The notes: a model not told the origin generated them from the sequence alone. Counted from the first letter of the stretch, positions 1 to 9,795 are shown. The stretch is 64,000 nucleotides of DNA from Patescibacteria group bacterium (GCA_038064435.1 JBBTTC010000003.1:9205-73204), one strand, 5' to 3'. Numbers and translations: made by a program.

Positions 1-528
1 CACCGTCGCCAAACCGTGAGCCTGAACAAAGTTGGAAAAAGCGATCAACCAGCGAGTGGTGAGCGGCAACTCAACGGCCAAACCCTCAAACAATGGCGTG
101 ATTTTGGGCAAAACAAAAAATGATAGTGCTAGGCCGAGAATAAAGGTGGCGATCAAAACGATGGTTGGGTAAATCATCGCCCCGCGCACCTTGGAACGAA
201 AGTCGCGCTCGCGCTCCAACGCTCGCGACACATTTTTTAAATTCTCCGGCAGGGTGCCCGAATTCTCGCCGGCAAAAACCGCGCTGGCAAATAAGCCAGA
301 AAAAATTCGCGGATGCTCGGCCAGCGCGTCACTCAAACTGCGCCCCGAATCCACGGCCCGAAGCAAACCAGCCACCACCGGCTTAAGAGCGCCGGCGGCG
401 GCGACCTCGGCCGTTTTGAGCGCCTCCGACAATACCAGCCCCGACTCCAACATCACCGACAATTGTTTGGCCAACAACGCCCGATCCGTTAAACTAACCC
501 GACCCCAACTGATATCAATATTTTTCAC
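1..528 (-). CDS. pilC: Type II secretion system F / PilC family inner-membrane platform protein (partial; C-terminus lies beyond window start)
   Basis: Reverse-strand translation reads VKNIDISWGRVSLTDRALLAKQLSVMLESGLVLSEALKTAEVAA...IYPTIVLIATFILGLALSFFVLPKITPLFEGL, a typical GspF/PilC domain; the +strand ORF 191..535 is its shadow. GTG start at 528 directly after an in-frame TAG. Confidence 0.6.
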   Translation of the reverse strand, partial: MKNIDISWGRVSLTDRALLAKQLSVMLESGLVLSEALKTAEVAAAGALKPVVAGLLRAVDSGRSLSDALAEHPRIFSGLFASAVFAGENSGTLPENLKNVSRALERERDFRSKVRGAMIYPTIVLIATFILGLALSFFVLPKITPLFEGLAVELPLTTRWLIAFSNFVQAHGLATV

Positions 529-540
529 CAGCTAAATTAT

Positions 541-599
541 ACAACAAAATAAAACCCCGTCAGCCTGTCCGCTTGTGGCGGACCGCGGCGAACGGGGTT
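541..599 (-). terminator. Rho-independent terminator hairpin (ccccgt...acgggg) followed by a U-run on the minus strand, downstream of CDS 685..1263
   Basis: Inverted repeat aaaaccccgtcagcc...gcgaacggggttt; minus-strand continuation reads UUUUAUUUUGUUGU. Confidence 0.5.
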
Positions 600-684
600 T
601 CCAGTGTTAACGTTTTGGAATACGTTTTCCGCCGCGGCGGACCAAGGGTCTAAGGGCTAGTTCTAGGTGACTTAGTCCTAAGTA

Positions 685-1263
685 CTAACTTGCGCGCACC
701 GCCGCAGGGCGGCTGGCATCCCAGTCGACGCCGAGAGGGTACCAGCTCCAGAACCACCTGCCGCCGCCCCAGTAGAGGCAGCGGACGTAGAGGCCGACGG
801 CCGAGTCACGGTAAATGGTTCCCCAGAAGAAGACGGCCCCGTTTTTCCACTCCTCGGGAATGAGCTGGGGGTACTTCAAGAGAAAGTCCAGCATGTTGGC
901 GTTCAAGACCGGCTGGTTCTTGAGAACTGCCCGTAGCTCGTGACCGCCCAGCCACTGGCCATTCTTCTGGCCGTCGGCTAGATACAGGTTGATGAGTGAC
1001 TTGGTCCACTCAAGCTGGCCACCCTGGCGATGTTCTTCCACCCGCCAACCAGCGGGTAGGAACGGGTCGGCGTCGCAGTCGATGATGAGGCGAGGCTCTG
1101 TCACTTGCCCGCCGACTTGTAGGTTGGACCAGCAGGGTCGCTTGGCCAAAAACTTTCTGGCTTCAGCTTCCCACCTATCACCATCTTCACCCAGAAGACA
1201 GTTTTCAAACTGATTGCGCAGTTCACGATGCTTGCGAAGTGCTTGCCTGAGCATGGTATCCAT
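685..1263 (-). CDS. Hypothetical Trp-rich protein (GC-rich)
   Basis: 192-aa ORF, no recognisable motif; terminated by hairpin at 541..599. Confidence 0.4.
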   Translation of the reverse strand: MDTMLRQALRKHRELRNQFENCLLGEDGDRWEAEARKFLAKRPCWSNLQVGGQVTEPRLIIDCDADPFLPAGWRVEEHRQGGQLEWTKSLINLYLADGQKNGQWLGGHELRAVLKNQPVLNANMLDFLLKYPQLIPEEWKNGAVFFWGTIYRDSAVGLYVRCLYWGGGRWFWSWYPLGVDWDASRPAAVRAS

Positions 1264-1401
1264 GGTCAGTGTCCTTTCTTGTAAATGTGCTAACTGGGGC
1301 CAAAATCAACGTGATTTTGGTACTTCCTTACTTCTTTCTTAATTATACACCCAATGGCTAGATGTTGTCAATAGCGTAAAAAGGGTTGGGATAGGGGGGA
1401 T

Positions 1402-1632
1402 TTATAGCTTTTCTAAAATTTTCAGATAATCCGAAACCTGAACATCTAGGACTCGTAAATTGTTGCGAATAACGAAAATTGGTATGGACTTTATTTTGGG
1501 TATAACTATTGGGCGCTTCAAGTCGTCTCTACTCCACACGCGATGATCGCCTTTTTCTCGTGCAAAAACACAGCCAACAAACCTGAGAAATTTTTCAAAT
1601 TTCTGCCAGGTGATTGATTTCAGGCCGGGCAT
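1402..1632 (-). CDS. hicA: HicA-like mRNA interferase toxin (type II TA)
   Basis: 76 aa; KGDHRVW...IVIPKIKSIPIFVIRNNLRVLDV resembles the HicA/YcfA dsRBD-like fold (KGSHxxF...vPxHxKdLpxGTLxsILKQ). Abuts putative HicB. Confidence 0.5.
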   Translation of the reverse strand: MPGLKSITWQKFEKFLRFVGCVFAREKGDHRVWSRDDLKRPIVIPKIKSIPIFVIRNNLRVLDVQVSDYLKILEKL

Positions 1633-1633
1633 G

Positions 1634-1924
1634 TTAGGCCGGCAATGGTATTTTCACCATCTGTGAAGACTGCCCCACCAACGACGGCGGCAACCAACGA
1701 TTAGATGATTTTTGCCAGCCCAAATCGGCAAGAACATCAACCAAGGTGTTCTTCTTGATTGTTTCCTCAAAAAAAATGTCTACGGCTTCGCTAAAACGCT
1801 TTCTAGCTTGCGCCATGGTGCCACCCGAGGTTGAGAGATCGAGCGCCGGCGTGTAGGCGATAAATTGGTCCGCTTCGCGGAGGAATAACACCGGCAAAGA
1901 AACATTTAGTTGACCTTTATCCAT
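1634..1924 (-). CDS. hicB: HicB-like antitoxin
   Basis: 96 aa; FIAYTPALDLSTSGGTMAQARKRFSEAVDIFFEE resembles the HicB/UPF0150 core (vPdLPGChSqGdTleEAlenikEAielyle). 1 nt from hicA. Confidence 0.45.
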   Translation of the reverse strand: MDKGQLNVSLPVLFLREADQFIAYTPALDLSTSGGTMAQARKRFSEAVDIFFEETIKKNTLVDVLADLGWQKSSNRWLPPSLVGQSSQMVKIPLPA

Positions 1925-2019
1925 AGCACCAAACTAACACAGTCTGCGGGTGCTTTCAATTAACCGTAATGTATCGTGGGCCGGGAACGAGATATGTAAA
2001 AGTGTAAAGACGAGATAGA

Positions 2020-3720
2020 TTAAACCTTAACCACGCGCAAGACTTCTTCCAGCGCCGTGGCGCCAGACAAAACTTTCTGCACGCCGTCTTCCAGCATCGT
2101 CGTCATGCCATCACGTCGGGCGGCGGCTAAAATGGAATCGCTGGGCACGCGCGCCACCACTAAAGACTTAACGCTCTCGGTGAGTAAAAGGACTTCAAAA
2201 ATCCCGATGCGCCCAACATAGCCCGAGCCATGGCACACATGGCAACCACCACCGCGATATAAAGTGATTTTGGCCAAGTCGTCGTGGCCTTGGGCGGCCA
2301 AAATCTTTTTCACTTCCAGATCACCGTCAATTGCCTTGATCTCGTCCTCGGTGGGCGCTCGCGAAGCGCGGCAAGAGGGGCACAGGGCGCGCACCAAACG
2401 CTGGCCAATCACCACATTAACGGTCGACGCCACCAAATACGGCTCAATGCCCATGTCGAGAAGACGCGGCAAGGTGGTGGCCGCATCGTTGGCATGGAGC
2501 GTGGAGAGAACAAGGTGACCAGTCATGGCGGAGTTAACGGCGATCCCCGCCGTCTCGCGATCGCGGATCTCACCAACCATAATTATGTCGGGATCCTGAC
2601 GGACAATTGAACGCAAACCGCTGGCAAAAGTTAGACCAGTTTTAGCATTGACTTGTATTTGACTCACTCCCTCCACGCTGTATTCCACCGGATCTTCGAT
2701 GGTGGAAATGTGCACATCACGCTGGTTGAGCACCTTGAGCATGGCATAAACCGTGGTCGTTTTGCCTGAACCAGTGGGGCCAGTGACCAAAATCATGCCG
2801 TGCGGATTGTCTATCGCCTGCCGCACACGCCCTTCGTCGGGCGACTGCAACCCCAAATCAGATAAGGTAAAACGCCGACTGGCTTCCGACAATAAACGCA
2901 AAACGGCATTCTCGCCCTCCGTCACCGGCACAATAGAAATACGCACATCTACTGGTTCGTTTTGAAATTTGAATTGCAGTTTACCGTCCAGGGCCGCGCG
3001 ATGCTCGTCGGTGCGGAGTTTGGCCATAATTTTTAATCGAGCCAAAACCATCTCGCCCAGCGCGCGCGGCAAGGTCAAAACATCGTGCATCACACCGTCG
3101 ATCCGCAAACGCACCAAAGCATGATCACGGTAAGGCTCCAGATGAATGTCGGACGCTTTGTTCTCGTGGCCGTAACTTAAAATAGCGTCGACCAGAGCGA
3201 TCAGTGATTTTTCCTTCTCACTCTCGATCAGGTTGCCACTCAAATGAGCAATTAGTGATTCGACTTCTTTTTTAATTTCTCCGCGATAATAATTGAGGGC
3301 CTCGGCTAATTGTTTGGCTGTGAGATAGTAGCGCTGAACTGGCTGGCCGCTCTTTTTCTCTAACCAGTGACGCATCTCGGCATCGTCTGGGTCGCGCATG
3401 GCCACCCGGAGTCCATCTTTGTCCGAGCGCCAAACAATCAGGCCGCGGCTACGAGCCGCGGCCTCGGGCACAGTGAGCATGGTCTCAACGTCAATTTGCT
3501 CTTGCGCCAGATTAAAAAACTTTACCCCGTAAGCCTCGGCTACTAACTGGCCCAAGTCGGCATCACGAATCAAGTCCTTGCCCACCAGTACGGTGGGCAA
3601 GTCGGTGCCCGCCGTGGCCGCTTCGGCGGCCGCGGCGTCAAACTGCTCGGCGGCAATATGGCCGGGCAACACCAAAAGTTCACGTAGCTTGGTCGGCTCA
3701 AGCATGGAACGGCTGACCAT
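2020..3720 (-). CDS. pilB: Type IV pilus assembly ATPase PilB (GspE family)
   Basis: 566 aa; N-terminal GSPII_E_N-like region, Walker A GPTGSGKTTT, IEDPVEY, GEIRD, C-terminal CxxC...CxxC zinc motif. Confidence 0.9.
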   Translation of the reverse strand: MVSRSMLEPTKLRELLVLPGHIAAEQFDAAAAEAATAGTDLPTVLVGKDLIRDADLGQLVAEAYGVKFFNLAQEQIDVETMLTVPEAAARSRGLIVWRSDKDGLRVAMRDPDDAEMRHWLEKKSGQPVQRYYLTAKQLAEALNYYRGEIKKEVESLIAHLSGNLIESEKEKSLIALVDAILSYGHENKASDIHLEPYRDHALVRLRIDGVMHDVLTLPRALGEMVLARLKIMAKLRTDEHRAALDGKLQFKFQNEPVDVRISIVPVTEGENAVLRLLSEASRRFTLSDLGLQSPDEGRVRQAIDNPHGMILVTGPTGSGKTTTVYAMLKVLNQRDVHISTIEDPVEYSVEGVSQIQVNAKTGLTFASGLRSIVRQDPDIIMVGEIRDRETAGIAVNSAMTGHLVLSTLHANDAATTLPRLLDMGIEPYLVASTVNVVIGQRLVRALCPSCRASRAPTEDEIKAIDGDLEVKKILAAQGHDDLAKITLYRGGGCHVCHGSGYVGRIGIFEVLLLTESVKSLVVARVPSDSILAAARRDGMTTMLEDGVQKVLSGATALEEVLRVVKV

Positions 3721-4096
3721 CCAACCACTCCTTAACCCGCACCACCACCTCTTTCATGTCCACGTTGGATTTCACAAAATAATCCGCCGCGCCGAGTGCT
3801 CGCGCCTTGTCAATATCACTTTCCTGACCAAGGTTGGAAAGAATAATAATCGGTATGTCGCGAGTCTGCGGATCGGCCTTAACTTCGGCCAAAACCTCAA
3901 AGCCAGTTTTCTTGGGCATAATGAGATCGAGCAAAACCAAATCTGGTTTTTCAGCTTTAATTTGCGATACGGCCTCCTCACCATTTAGAGCTCTGACTAC
4001 ACGAAAGCCCTCACGCGCGAGTTTGTCACCCATGGCGGTGGAAAGAAACTTATCGTCCTCGGCCAAGACAATAGTGGGTTGTGGTTTGGTAATCAT
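3698..4096 (-). CDS. Single-domain response regulator (CheY/PilH-like receiver)
   Basis: 132 aa; IVLAEDD...DLVLLDLIMPKKTGFEVL...IIILSNLGQ...KARALGAADYFVK receiver signature. Confidence 0.8.
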   Translation of the reverse strand: MITKPQPTIVLAEDDKFLSTAMGDKLAREGFRVVRALNGEEAVSQIKAEKPDLVLLDLIMPKKTGFEVLAEVKADPQTRDIPIIILSNLGQESDIDKARALGAADYFVKSNVDMKEVVVRVKEWLDGQPFHA

Positions 4097-4470
4097 GCGT
4101 GTAAAAATTTTTTAATATCGTCGGCAATTTGTTCGAGACGAAAATCCGATTTGGTGTAATAACGACTAATACCGAGCGCTTGATATTGCCGCACCATCTC
4201 AGGGTTAGCCGAATTGGAAACAATAAACACCGGCGTTTCATGCCAACGCGGCTCAGATCGCAATTTGGCCAAAAAATCGAGGCCCGTCTCCTTGCCTAAT
4301 AAATAATGATCCAGCCAGACTAGATCAACGACCGTGTCGGGCAAAGCTAATTGCGTGAAAGCCTGTTCAAAAGTGCGTGAGGTCAAAATCCGAAAACCCT
4401 CGCGCGTGAGCTTGTCTTCAATCGCCCGCAGGAGCAACATGTCGTCTTCTAAAATCAGTACCGTGGCCAT
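4093..4470 (-). CDS. Single-domain response regulator (receiver domain, divergent)
   Basis: 125 aa; VLILEDD...LVWLDHYLLGKETGLDFL...VFIVSNS...ALGISRYYTK. Confidence 0.7.
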   Translation of the reverse strand: MATVLILEDDMLLLRAIEDKLTREGFRILTSRTFEQAFTQLALPDTVVDLVWLDHYLLGKETGLDFLAKLRSEPRWHETPVFIVSNSANPEMVRQYQALGISRYYTKSDFRLEQIADDIKKFLHA

Positions 4471-4476
4471 GATTAT

Positions 4477-5667
4477 TTAAGTTAAGCCCTTACTGCCGGC
4501 TTTCTTGATCATTCCCGACAGTGGCAATTCCACACTAAACGTCGTTCCCTTGCCTTCCAGTGAATCAAACCAGATCCGACCGCCGAAATTTTCGATAATT
4601 GACTTCACAATATACAGCCCGAGCCCCGTGCCCTCCGCTTCCTTGTCTCTAATGTTATCAGCCCGAAACAGCTTCGTAAATATTTTGGTCTTGTCGGCCG
4701 CCGGTATGCCATAGCCGGTATCAGACACTGCGATCAAAGCTACCGGCTCGCGACGCGTAATCGAGACAGTTACCGCACCATCGGTCGGCGTATACTTAAC
4801 CGCATTAGATAACAGGTTTTGAAAGACGATCCGGATCAATTTTGGGTCAGCCATGATTGTAGACAATGAAACATCATAATTTTTCTCGATCCGGATCTTT
4901 TTTTCGAGAATTTTGGGCTGGAGTTCCTCGAGCACACTTTCGGCCACTACCCGAAGGTCGGTCGGCTCCGGCTCAACGGCAAAGGTACCGAGATCAATGC
5001 GCGACACATTGAGTAGAGAATTAACCAGATCAATCATGCGCCGGTTAGCCTCATGCAAACTGGCCAAATATTCCTTTTGTTTATCATTTAATCCCCCAAC
5101 GTCTTCATCCAGCAGCATTTCTGAATACCAATTGATGGCCGAAAGGGGCGTGCGCAACTGGTGCGAGGCCAGCGAAACGAACTCAGTCTTAGCTTGGTCC
5201 ACCTCTTTTTCTTTAGTGATATCACGGAGCAAGATAATACCGCCGGACACTTCGCCATCTTTAAGCAGTGGGGCCAACACCATCGCCGCCGGAAACATCC
5301 GGCCCTGGCGGGTTTTGAGTGAAATATTATCCAGCAAACTGATCGTTACAATATTTTTATCCTCAATCGCCTGCCGCAATGGCACCGCCTCGGGCGGCAA
5401 AGGTTGGTCGTCCTTGTAGAAAGAAAAGATTTTGAAAACGTCTTGACCAACAGCTTCTGGCGGCGCCACACGGAGCATCACGCCAGTGGCCTGATTCATC
5501 ATGATAATTTTGAGGTCACGATCAACGGCCACCAAACCCTCGGCCATAGACGAGAGAATGGCATTGAGCTGACTTTGTTGATTATCGACTTTTCCTTCCG
5601 GCATGTCCGTTATTATAGCGCAGATAAAAAAAGCGCTCGACCTAATGGGGCCAAGCGCTAGGGGCAA
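4477..5667 (-). CDS. Sensor histidine kinase with PAS domain
   Basis: 396 aa; PAS-like N-terminus, H-box SLASHQLRTPLSAINWYSEML, N/G boxes LLSNAVKYT, DTGYGIP, GTGLGLYIVKSIIE. Confidence 0.85.
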   Translation of the reverse strand: MPLALGPIRSSAFFICAIITDMPEGKVDNQQSQLNAILSSMAEGLVAVDRDLKIIMMNQATGVMLRVAPPEAVGQDVFKIFSFYKDDQPLPPEAVPLRQAIEDKNIVTISLLDNISLKTRQGRMFPAAMVLAPLLKDGEVSGGIILLRDITKEKEVDQAKTEFVSLASHQLRTPLSAINWYSEMLLDEDVGGLNDKQKEYLASLHEANRRMIDLVNSLLNVSRIDLGTFAVEPEPTDLRVVAESVLEELQPKILEKKIRIEKNYDVSLSTIMADPKLIRIVFQNLLSNAVKYTPTDGAVTVSITRREPVALIAVSDTGYGIPAADKTKIFTKLFRADNIRDKEAEGTGLGLYIVKSIIENFGGRIWFDSLEGKGTTFSVELPLSGMIKKAGSKGLT

Positions 5668-6068
5668 GGTGACAAAAAGTTTCGGGCTGGTAAAATTAGG
5701 GAAACTCGTTGGCCCGACAACAGTTCAAAAACATATTCCGGCGGCACCCGAGCATAGCCAAAACGTTGGCGTAGGTAACGGGCGCGACGAAAAATTACCA
5801 GCGAATCTCGCGCCGAACCATTCTCGACAACGGCACCCAACGGTTGGGCATACACTCGGCGCCTAAATTCGTACCACACCCCAATCTGCAAAGCAGTGCC
5901 GGCCTCTTCGTTAATCACCCGTCGAATCTCTTTATCCTGACCCGGCCCCAACAGATCAAAACAAGTATTAACTCGCGGCATATTGTTCCTCGCTTTCTAA
6001 GAACCGCCCGACCCCATCTTAGCCCCGAGTCAAAAAAAGTAAAGTCAAAAAAACGCTAAGTTCTATTC

Positions 6069-6155
6069 TGGTGCGCGGGAGAGGATTTGAACCTCCAAGC
6101 CCTTACGGGCGCTACCACCTCAAGGTAGTGCGTCTGCCAGTTTCGCCACCCGCGC
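6069..6155 (-). tRNA. tRNA-Leu (anticodon GAG) with long variable arm; CCA encoded
   Basis: Reverse complement GCGCGGGTGGCGAAACTGGCAGACGCACTACCTTGAGGTGGTAGCGCCCGTAAGGGCTTGGAGGTTCAAATCCTCTCCCGCGCACCA; 7-bp acceptor, TPsiC loop GGTTCAAATCC, anticodon loop TTGAGGT. Confidence 0.8.
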
Positions 6156-6167
6156 GTTTGAAAAAAC

Positions 6168-6548
6168 TTACTTGGCTTCAATCGTCGCCTCGGCTTGCTT
6201 CATTTTGCGGCGAATTTCACGCGCTGATTTGTCTCGCGTGTAGTATAGCTTGGCACGGCGCACGCGGGAAGTGCGCAAAACTTCAATCCGATCAATGACC
6301 GGTGAATAAAGCGGGAAGGTTTTTTCGACTCCGACGTCGCCGGACATTTTGCGAACGATGAAGGTGGCTCCGGGTTCGCGACCATGCTTACGGGCAATGA
6401 CCAAACCCTCAAAAGCTTGCAGGCGAGTTTTGTCGCCCTCCTTGATCTTTTGCCACACGCGCACCGTTGCCCCGGGACCAAAATTTAGAGCCAAACGCTC
6501 GGCGTTTGGCGGCGCCATTTCAAAAGTAAATTTTTTCTTCTCGGTCAT
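6168..6548 (-). CDS. rplS: 50S ribosomal protein L19
   Basis: 126 aa; [57 protein letters not shown] is canonical L19. Confidence 0.9.
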   Translation of the reverse strand: MTEKKKFTFEMAPPNAERLALNFGPGATVRVWQKIKEGDKTRLQAFEGLVIARKHGREPGATFIVRKMSGDVGVEKTFPLYSPVIDRIEVLRTSRVRRAKLYYTRDKSAREIRRKMKQAEATIEAK

Positions 6549-6569
6549 GATAAAAGCAAGCCCAAACTA

Positions 6570-7322
6570 TCACGCTTTGTTTAAAGAATCAAGCGCCGCT
6601 AACGCGGCTTCAATGTCGGCCGGCAGTTCAGCCTCCAGCGCCAAACGCTCGCCACTCGGGCTGGCGAGCTCGAGGCGCCAAGCGTGGAGAGCCTGTCGAC
6701 CCAAGCCCGGCAAACACGGCCGCCCGGGAGCATAGAGGTGGTCGCAAACAATGGAATGACCAAGCGCCTTGAGGTGAACACGCAACTGATGAGTCCGGCC
6801 GGTTTGCGGCGCGAGCTCCAACCAGCTGTAACCGGGCCAAGTTTCCAACCGTCGATACTTGGTAACGGCGGCGCGCAAACGCCCACTGGCCGCCGGGCCG
6901 GCCGAGCGCTGACTCGGGTGGCGCCGACTGCGGCCAATCGGCAAATCAATAATTCCAATCTGATTTTTGACCTCACCATAAACCAGCGACAAATAAGTTT
7001 TTTTGATTAGTCGATCATGGAATTGTCTCTTCAAATACTCCAACGCGGCGTCGGTTTTGGCCACAATCAAGAGACCACTGGTGTCACGATCAAGACGATG
7101 CACAATCCCCGATCGTTCCGGATCCGAACCAACTTGCCAACCGGCGCAATAGCGCGCCTTAAGCCACGCCACAACAATTGGACTTCCACTGCGAGGTGCG
7201 CCATGCACCAGCCAGCCGGCTGGTTTATTGAGAACCAAAAGATTGCTGTCCTCGTAAATCGGCGCTGGTTCGAGCATAACGATAACGATAATTGATAACC
7301 ACGGCGGCCGCCAGCGCGCCAA
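6570..7322 (-). CDS. rluA: RluA-family pseudouridine synthase (true start probably internal, near 7277, MLEPAPIYED)
   Basis: HRLDRDTSGLLIVAKTDAALEYLKRQFHDRLIKKTYLSLVYG catalytic-Asp motif. Confidence 0.8.
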   Translation of the reverse strand: MARWRPPWLSIIVIVMLEPAPIYEDSNLLVLNKPAGWLVHGAPRSGSPIVVAWLKARYCAGWQVGSDPERSGIVHRLDRDTSGLLIVAKTDAALEYLKRQFHDRLIKKTYLSLVYGEVKNQIGIIDLPIGRSRRHPSQRSAGPAASGRLRAAVTKYRRLETWPGYSWLELAPQTGRTHQLRVHLKALGHSIVCDHLYAPGRPCLPGLGRQALHAWRLELASPSGERLALEAELPADIEAALAALDSLNKA

Positions 7323-7866
7323 TGAAATTGAAAACTAGGTCAAGCGAAGTGTTCCAGTAGCCGCCCACACCAGTCTGATCGAGCATTACCACGGCGGCAA
7401 ACTCGATCATCTCGTTGAACGCGCCCAGCCCCATACCACCAAGCACGATCAGTGGAAAAAGCACTCGCCAATTAATTGTTGTACTCAAATATGGTCGCAA
7501 CAGATGATAAAAAACCAAGGTCGCCACGGCGAAGCCAAAAAAATGAACGAGTTGGTCAAACTTTAGCACCAGTGATTCGCCGGAGCCGAAGAGGTGCAGG
7601 ATCGGCAGTTTGTAAAGCACTTGACCACCGAGACGCACGCCGCCACCAGCCATGTGCATTAAACCCCAAAGCGATAGGCCGCCAAGAATCAAATTATCAA
7701 ACTTGGTGCGAGGCAGAGTAAGTAAAATGAGTCCAATTATTGCCGAGGTTACTAACACGTACCACAAAAATTCGTAATTCCGAATCGATAAATAGTAGAT
7801 GGCGAAGCCGGCAATATACAGGGCATTAATCGTTGCCAACCATTTTTGTGAGGCCGTTAGGGACAT
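7225..7866 (-). CDS. Polytopic membrane protein (hypothetical)
   Basis: 213 aa with about 6 hydrophobic helices; overlaps the annotated RluA 5' end. Confidence 0.5.
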   Translation of the reverse strand: MSLTASQKWLATINALYIAGFAIYYLSIRNYEFLWYVLVTSAIIGLILLTLPRTKFDNLILGGLSLWGLMHMAGGGVRLGGQVLYKLPILHLFGSGESLVLKFDQLVHFFGFAVATLVFYHLLRPYLSTTINWRVLFPLIVLGGMGLGAFNEMIEFAAVVMLDQTGVGGYWNTSLDLVFNFIGALAAAVVINYRYRYARTSADLRGQQSFGSQ

Positions 7867-7880
7867 GTTAAAATCATAGC

Positions 7881-8531
7881 ATGTTTCGTCGCTCGGGTTT
7901 TACTTTAGTCGAACTTCTAGTGGTGATAGCGATTATCACCTTGTTATCAAGCATTGTGATTGCCAGCATGAGCGAAGCTCGGGAAAAGGCAAAAATTGCT
8001 CGAACACAAGAAGAGCTAACCAGTATCAGAAACGCTGTGACTCTACTTCAACATGATACCGGTAAGTGGCCCTGTGGATGCTTGCCGGGCCAATTGATCG
8101 AGCCGGAAGTTTCTATTAACAGCGTCCAAGCGGGATTAAGAACATCGCCACTGCCTGGTTTTCGGTGCCCAGAAGACCTAAGCCCAGAATGCGGCTGGAC
8201 AGCTGAAGATGTTTCCAAATGGAAAGGTCCCTACGTTAATTTTGATCTTGTGGATCCGTGGGAAAATGATTATCGCTACGATTCAGATTACTTTCCGCTT
8301 ATGAATCGGCAGACACCATGCGGTAGCGCGGCCTGCAATCGTTGGCAATGCCCCGATGCTCCAGCCGCAGTATCGGGCCTTGGAAATGGTGATACACCGC
8401 CGCCAAACTGGCGTCGATCGGCAGTATATTCCTTTGGGCCAGCACCTCTGACTCAATTCATTTATGACGCCCCCTGTTTTACCACGGGCGACTGTTACGG
8501 TTGTCGGGAAGTGTACGCACCACTCTATTAA
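7881..8531 (+). CDS. Type IV pilin-like protein with prepilin N-terminal cleavage/methylation motif and Cys-rich C-terminal domain
   Basis: MFRRSGFTLVELLVVIAIITLLSSIV: class III signal (G/FTLVE) followed by a hydrophobic helix; multiple Cys in C-terminal half. Confidence 0.7.
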   Translation: MFRRSGFTLVELLVVIAIITLLSSIVIASMSEAREKAKIARTQEELTSIRNAVTLLQHDTGKWPCGCLPGQLIEPEVSINSVQAGLRTSPLPGFRCPEDLSPECGWTAEDVSKWKGPYVNFDLVDPWENDYRYDSDYFPLMNRQTPCGSAACNRWQCPDAPAAVSGLGNGDTPPPNWRRSAVYSFGPAPLTQFIYDAPCFTTGDCYGCREVYAPLY

Positions 8532-8931
8532 GTTCTATCGCTGTGAGTATTTACGACACCTTCATAACCTATTTTAGCAGAAATCAGACCTGATTACCCC
8601 TTCATCCACCCCTTCATCGGCTCTGCTACCGGATGAAGGGGCAAGAAGGACAATATCTCTAACAAACACGGGAGATTTTGCCCCTTACTCCTCGCAAAAG
8701 CGAAGTCCGACTTCACTACGGAAAGAGGGTCGCTCCGCTCCGGCCTGCTGGCCTCCGCTCCGCGAATGTCGCGGGGGTTGCGTTTGGGTGGCTCGGCCTT
8801 CTCGTTCCGTCCTGCTGTTTCTTTTTGCTCGTCGTGGGGGGGTAATTTAAGACGGGGAAAAAGGAAGGACGGAACGATGAAGGCCTCGGTTCGGGGGTCG
8901 GTTAGGCGTATAATGACAATATAACGCTTCT

Positions 8932-9795
8932 ATGTCAAAACCGCGCTTAAAACCATTTCAACGCTCTGGGGTGGCCGACCCCCTCAAATTGCAGCCCCGC
9001 GACATCGCTCTCCTCCGCGATGTGGCCGAGTTTCGTTTTCTTAACTCTGGGCAGATTCTCGCGCTTCACGAGGGAAGTAAACGCAACCTCCAAGAACGGC
9101 TGACCCGTCTTTTTCAGCACGGCTATCTTGACCGTCCCGTGAGCCAAACCACCGCCAATCTGCCTTCCACTCACATCGTTTACTCACTCGGCCGCAAAGG
9201 AGCGGAGTTCCTCTCCAAGAACGCGGAGGAGCGCGAAGGGATTTATCGCCGCCTCGCCGAATCTGAACGCACGCTTCCCCTGATTGCTCACTCGTTGATG
9301 ATTTCCCAATTCCGCGTCTGTCTCTCGCTCGCGACGAAGCAAAGCGGAGTAAAAGTCGTTCACTGGTTTCAAGGGCAAGATTTAAAAAATCTTTTACATT
9401 CGGTTCACGGCGAAAATCCCTCATTAGTGCCGGACGCATTTTTTACGCTTGAAGAAAAAGGAGATGTTATCAACTTTTTTGTGGAAGCTGACCGAGGAAC
9501 GATGACGACGGAAAGGTTTGTAAATAAATTAAAAACATATTGGTCGTGGCGTAGCGACGACAGGTTGAAAGAGAAACTTCGCCTTGCCCGTTTCCGCGTC
9601 CTCACTCTCACCCCGTCCGAAGGACGGAGCGAGAGTTTACGGAACGCTGGAAAGGGCGGTGACCCGCGAGGAGAAGGAAGTTTGATGTTTTTATTCACGC
9701 CCGAAACTCAATATAATTTATCCGACCCCAAAAAGTTGTTAGAGCCGATTTGGAAGTCGCCGAAAGACGACACATCTCACACGATTTTGGAATAA
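8932..9795 (+). CDS. Replication-relaxation family protein (plasmid/ICE-associated; hedged)
   Basis: 287 aa; N-terminal LRDVAEFRFLNSGQILALHEGSKRNLQERLTRLFQHGYLDR pattern typical of Replic_Relax-family (winged-helix-like) proteins of actinobacterial plasmids/ICEs. Confidence 0.5.
   Translation: MSKPRLKPFQRSGVADPLKLQPRDIALLRDVAEFRFLNSGQILALHEGSKRNLQERLTRLFQHGYLDRPVSQTTANLPSTHIVYSLGRKGAEFLSKNAEEREGIYRRLAESERTLPLIAHSLMISQFRVCLSLATKQSGVKVVHWFQGQDLKNLLHSVHGENPSLVPDAFFTLEEKGDVINFFVEADRGTMTTERFVNKLKTYWSWRSDDRLKEKLRLARFRVLTLTPSEGRSESLRNAGKGGDPRGEGSLMFLFTPETQYNLSDPKKLLEPIWKSPKDDTSHTILE

Noticed and set aside
165-535. +strand ORFs 165..386 and 191..535
   Set aside because: They are shadow frames antisense to the PilC/GspF-like gene. 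They are Arg/Ala/Pro-rich, as expected for an antisense reading of a GC-rich gene, and carry no motif.
2264-2610. +strand ORFs inside pilB (2264..2518, 2284..2610), and similar antisense ORFs inside the histidine kinase, polA, tyrS, PBP1A and VirB4 genes
   Set aside because: They lie wholly within, and antisense to, strongly supported genes, and show typical shadow composition.
5658-5981. Minus-strand 107-aa ORF between the histidine kinase and tRNA-Leu
   Set aside because: It has no motif, it overlaps the kinase start, and an equally long +strand ORF covers the same DNA. I left it unannotated as weak.
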